Of a stretch of 64,000 bases of DNA, positions 60,281-64,000 are shown one piece after another; within the stretch, counting starts at the first letter, position 1; each line of letters opens with the position of its first letter. A program made the position numbers and the translations under genes. The stretch comes from Candidatus Zixiibacteriota bacterium (GTDB taxonomy: Bacteria; UBP14; UBA6098; JBKHBT01), in contig JBKHBT010000004.1 of the NCBI GenBank assembly GCA_046542255.1, positions 13,442 to 77,441 on the forward strand, in the 5' to 3' direction. Under the pieces are notes generated by a model, which saw nothing but the letters and a program-made list of their open reading frames with translations, did no database searches and had not been told where the DNA came from.

Positions 60281-63200
60281 ATGATAAAGAAGTTTGGTTT
60301 GATATTAATTATTCTATTTTCCATCTCACTATTTGGACAGGCATGGGATTTTGATCTTAGGGTCATAAATGAGAGCGGTGAAGAAGCCGACACCACATGG
60401 GAAGTTACACTGGGTACAGATTTTGGTGCAAGCGATGGCTATGATGATGGCATCGATGTTCTTCTTCCTGTTGCGCCTCCGGGAGAGCCATTCATATATT
60501 TCCCACTGGATGACCCAGATTATCCACTTATGACAATGCTTACAGCCGACATACGCTCAACCAGCGAAACATCCTTTGAGTGGAAAATTTCAACTGGAAA
60601 TATTTATTCAGGAAGCAATAGGGCAGAATGGAGCGAGAGAGATTTTCCATTCGATGAGACATCCAGTGCTACGATGCAAATAGGCGGAGCATATCCGGGT
60701 ACAGAGCCTTCATCATGGCAGGATATGTCAAGAACCACCAGCTTCGATTATTCTCTGGGGGAGGTTATCTGGGTAGTGGTCGAGATGGACCCTTCGATCG
60801 ATACACAACCGCCCGAAGTTATATCGACATTTCCCTCTGATGGCGTCACTGGAGTCGATACTATGACGACTACCAGAATCGAACTTATCGACTCAGATTC
60901 CGGGCCGGATAGCACTTCGATACAGATTACATACGAAGGCTCGATTATTCCGCATACTGACCTTGTGATCGATAGAATCGCATCTGGCTATGAGATACGA
61001 TACTTGCCCACAGATGGTTGGCCGGCAGGGGATACAGTCTGCATCGATGTCGATGCTCAGGATAATGCGACACCGCCAAATGTGATGTCAACATACACAT
61101 ACTGTTTTGAGACAAGCGAACCATTCGACCCATCGAGATATCCGCCATATTTCACAGATTTTTCCATTTCGGATGGCGATACTGGAATCGTTGTCTCAGA
61201 GGAAATCACATTTAAGATAAGAGATACTCATGAAGGCGTAGATTCCTCGACAATCGAGATTTTATTTGGCATGTCTCCTTTCGATTTTTACGAGGTCGAA
61301 TCCACTTCCGGCGGCGATTTCGATTATGAAGTAACCCTATTCCCACCGCCGGGTGGCTGGACAGTTGGCAATACATATGATGTAGAGGTTTCGGCATGTG
61401 ATCTCTACAGCCCTGCTAATTGTTCAGATACCACATTTTCTTTCACTGTCGAATCATCTGCTTCGATAACGCCATTTGAACTTCCGATGACCTTCTGGAC
61501 TTCCATGGGTGCAAGCGATACAAGCTATTCAAATATTACAATAAAAACATCGCCACTGGCAACAGATGGCTTTGATCCTGGAATCGATGCTGCATGTGCA
61601 AGCCCGGGTTTCGCTTCTTTCGGATATTTTCCGCTCGATGATCCTGAAGCTCCGATGTATGACAAACTTTCGACTGATGCAAGATTCAATGGCGAAGATA
61701 TTCAATGGGAAGTCGAGAAAAATAGGCCCGATACATATAATGGCATCCGCTGGAGTAGCTCTGATATCGAAGATATCATAGTTTCTACAATGGGCCTTCT
61801 CAGAATCGGCTATGGCCCGGATGAGATGTCTCTGTTCTGGGTCGATATGAGCGAAGAAACCGAAATTGAATTTGACCCGGACGATCTTGTCTTTATAAGA
61901 TTTACAATGGATACCAGTGCTTCTTCCGAACCGATTGTACGGAATATACTGCCCGAAGACGGCGATTCAAATGTATCTATCGATGAATGCATAAGTTTCG
62001 AAGTGATAGATGCCGATGATGGTATCGATTCATTCCACTTATTTCTTGGCATCGAAGGCGGTTCGATGATCGAGATTGCTCCATCGGATATGGATATAAC
62101 GGTAATAAGCGGTGGGTATCATGTGGAATATTGTCCTGATGAGCCATTCGAATATAGCTCGATTTACAATATTCGAGTAGAAGCTAATGATTTTTCCGAT
62201 AATGAAACAATTCGTGAATGGTCTTTCTCGACACAGGTATGGTGCCTCGGTACACCATTTACTACCATGCTCACGCTCTACGATTTCGACAGCGATACCA
62301 CAATCGACAATCTATTTTTCGGAATTGGCGAAGCATCGACAGATAGCATCGACCCTACCGATGTTACACTGCCGCTTCTTCCGCCCGGCGTATCTTTCTA
62401 TTTCCCATGCGAAGCCACAATGGTCGATGCATTCACAACAGACATGCGCTCGATGTGCCCGGAAACAACAATCGTTTGGCAGGTACTCGTCAATTTAGGA
62501 GGAGGCGATTATCGCTGCGAATGGGATCCATCCGAAATAGTCGGCGAAGGCGACTGGAAACTTGCTATCGCAAAGAGTCCCGTTTTCGAAGATCGTCCGG
62601 TTATAGATTCTTTCACTGCAATGACTGAGATAGACCATATCGATTATGAAGATGGTGAAAAGCTATGGATTATCTATACCCCAGAGCATCTTTCGACCGA
62701 ACCGCCGACATACTGCATTTCAGGCAGCGTTGGTTTCTGTGATGATGATGATTTAACCACCGAAGCGACTGTGAATATTCTCGAAATAGCATCGGCTATC
62801 GTTACCGACCCCGGCGGTGGAGATTTCGAGGTATGCGATCTCGATACAGGCTCATATACTCTGGTTTTCACTGCTGAAAGCTATGAATCTGAGACGCTTA
62901 TGGTCGAGCTTATCGATGAGGATGTTTCGCTCGAGCCGATCGAGCTTTGGTCGCCTTCCTGCGAGCCGCTTTCTATTGTCCGTGGAAATGTTAGCTGGGA
63001 AGAAGAGCCAGTAGAAAGCATCACTGTTACATTGGGTTGGGCTTTTGAAACCACCGATGAAGAAGGCTATTATGAATTTGCCGGCATGATTGCAGGCGAT
63101 TACGAAATTTGCTTCAATAGCTTCCCAGCAGAATGCTATAGCGATACATGCTTTGATATATCGATTCCTGAAGGTGGAGATACCATTACAGTCGATTTTG

Positions 63201-64000
63201 ACTACTCGCTCCCGACAATCGACATTACTGGCAACGTGATGCTCGATGGCGAAGCCTTTTCTGATGTCGATATTTATTTCTGCGACTCTTCAGAAGCCAT
63301 CGCTACAACAGACGATATTGGCGAATTCGATGTCACTGGCCTTATGCCTGGAACATATTGCATCGAAATATCTCCAGAAGGATATGAAACAATAAGCCGG
63401 ACAATTTCATCCTGCTCAGATACTTCGATAAGCTTTGAATATTTCACCGATATGGTTACAGCCATAATAGACATTTCCACCGATTGCGGAATGGATGACA
63501 GCATCTTTGTCGAGATTAATGGCGATTTATATTATGGCTCGCATCATGAAATTTCAGTTTCTGCCGGTGATTCATTATTTATTGAAGCCTATGGCGAGAA
63601 TCTTACCGCTATCGATACACTTTTCGCTTCGGTTGGAGAAGACATATCAATAGAACTGGATCTGTATTGTATCCTTTGCGTAGATCGCTTGATTGCAGAA
63701 GGCGTATCTTTGACAAGGCCGCTTATTGATGAAACGATCGCCAATACCTTGAGCTGGGATGCACCTTCGACAGAGCTTGAAATAATTGGTTATATCATAA
63801 ATCGAGATGGCGAAGCAATAGATACGATTTCTGGCACGGAATATATAGATGTAGATATCGAGAGCGATTTGGAATACGAGTATTCGCTGGATATTCTCTA
63901 TGAAGATGGCTATGCAAGATATGATTGTGTTTTAGAGACTGCTATGTCGGTCGTAGCACCTGACCCTAATAGGATACTTATTATTGATTATGACGATGGT
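60281..64000 (+). CDS. giant T9SS-cargo paralog D (5' complete, runs off window end)
   Basis: Not in the ORF track (no in-window stop). RBS GGAGGG plus the ATG at 60281. Signal peptide MIKKFGLILIILFSISLFG, then QAW. Module cores at 60449-60533, 61580-61663, 62360-62452. Carboxypeptidase-regulatory-like and FN3-like domains. Alpha/beta module begins (RILIIDYDDG) at the window end. Confidence 0.85.
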   Translation, partial: MIKKFGLILIILFSISLFGQAWDFDLRVINESGEEADTTWEVTLGTDFGASDGYDDGIDVLLPVAPPGEPFIYFPLDDPDYPLMTMLTADIRSTSETSFEWKISTGNIYSGSNRAEWSERDFPFDETSSATMQIGGAYPGTEPSSWQDMSRTTSFDYSLGEVIWVVVEMDPSIDTQPPEVISTFPSDGVTGVDTMTTTRIELIDSDSGPDSTSIQITYEGSIIPHTDLVIDRIASGYEIRYLPTDGWPAGDTVCIDVDAQDNATPPNVMSTYTYCFETSEPFDPSRYPPYFTDFSISDGDTGIVVSEEITFKIRDTHEGVDSSTIEILFGMSPFDFYEVESTSGGDFDYEVTLFPPPGGWTVGNTYDVEVSACDLYSPANCSDTTFSFTVESSASITPFELPMTFWTSMGASDTSYSNITIKTSPLATDGFDPGIDAACASPGFASFGYFPLDDPEAPMYDKLSTDARFNGEDIQWEVEKNRPDTYNGIRWSSSDIEDIIVSTMGLLRIGYGPDEMSLFWVDMSEETEIEFDPDDLVFIRFTMDTSASSEPIVRNILPEDGDSNVSIDECISFEVIDADDGIDSFHLFLGIEGGSMIEIAPSDMDITVISGGYHVEYCPDEPFEYSSIYNIRVEANDFSDNETIREWSFSTQVWCLGTPFTTMLTLYDFDSDTTIDNLFFGIGEASTDSIDPTDVTLPLLPPGVSFYFPCEATMVDAFTTDMRSMCPETTIVWQVLVNLGGGDYRCEWDPSEIVGEGDWKLAIAKSPVFEDRPVIDSFTAMTEIDHIDYEDGEKLWIIYTPEHLSTEPPTYCISGSVGFCDDDDLTTEATVNILEIASAIVTDPGGGDFEVCDLDTGSYTLVFTAESYESETLMVELIDEDVSLEPIELWSPSCEPLSIVRGNVSWEEEPVESITVTLGWAFETTDEEGYYEFAGMIAGDYEICFNSFPAECYSDTCFDISIPEGGDTITVDFDYSLPTIDITGNVMLDGEAFSDVDIYFCDSSEAIATTDDIGEFDVTGLMPGTYCIEISPEGYETISRTISSCSDTSISFEYFTDMVTAIIDISTDCGMDDSIFVEINGDLYYGSHHEISVSAGDSLFIEAYGENLTAIDTLFASVGEDISIELDLYCILCVDRLIAEGVSLTRPLIDETIANTLSWDAPSTELEIIGYIINRDGEAIDTISGTEYIDVDIESDLEYEYSLDILYEDGYARYDCVLETAMSVVAPDPNRILIIDYDDG

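Noticed and set aside
1-64000. CRISPR arrays, transposases, integrases, phage genes, toxin-antitoxin pairs, restriction-modification or other recognisable defence modules
   Set aside because: None of the ORFs show DDE/HUH transposase, tyrosine or serine recombinase, Cas, methyltransferase or nuclease signatures. No short direct-repeat/spacer arrays were seen. The window appears to be core chromosome plus the envelope/cargo region.

Overview
This 64-kb window is a chromosomal segment from a low-GC Gram-negative bacterium. No mobile elements, CRISPR arrays, rRNA or tRNA genes were seen. The T9SS-type C-terminal sorting domains point to an FCB-superphylum-like lineage.

Gene order by strand block:
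- 1..4203, minus: a TPR protein with complete N-terminus (its 3' end runs off the window start), a membrane protein carrying a C-terminal AlbA_2 (Schlafen-like) domain, and a GT-C-like polytopic membrane protein.
- 4372..22347, plus: rpmE-thyX-pyrF-pyrE; then a translationally coupled type IV minor-pilin operon (FimT/GspH-like, PilV-like, PilW-like, PilX-like, PilY1 with an intact VWA MIDAS) followed by a small secreted acidic protein; then a signalling block (sigma-54 NtrC/PilR-like regulator, CheY-like receiver, HAMP histidine kinase overlapping mgtE, a REC-GGDEF protein with a GGDDF motif, a lipoprotein, a cupin, a soluble PAS histidine kinase).
- 22546..34165, minus: mnmE-yidC-yidD-rnpA-rpmH, ybaB-dnaX, an orphan histidine kinase, thiL, an exported DJ-1/PfpI protein, and a TonB-dependent receptor with a small lipoprotein.
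- 34343..64000, plus: a Kdo2-lipid A / LPS core cluster (DUF374 acyltransferase, waaA, lpxK, GT4, RmlD-like reductase, unknown secreted protein), then four tandem giant acidic genes encoding secreted proteins with T9SS C-terminal sorting domains (about 3060, 1576, 1548 and more than 1240 aa).

The main candidate for something undescribed is the giant-protein array. Three of the four are paralogs built around an uncharacterised ~140-aa module, repeated three times per protein, plus a conserved alpha/beta module just before the sorting domain. All four mature N-termini begin with Gln. A ~60-bp inverted repeat is shared by two terminator-proximal intergenic regions 19 kb apart.
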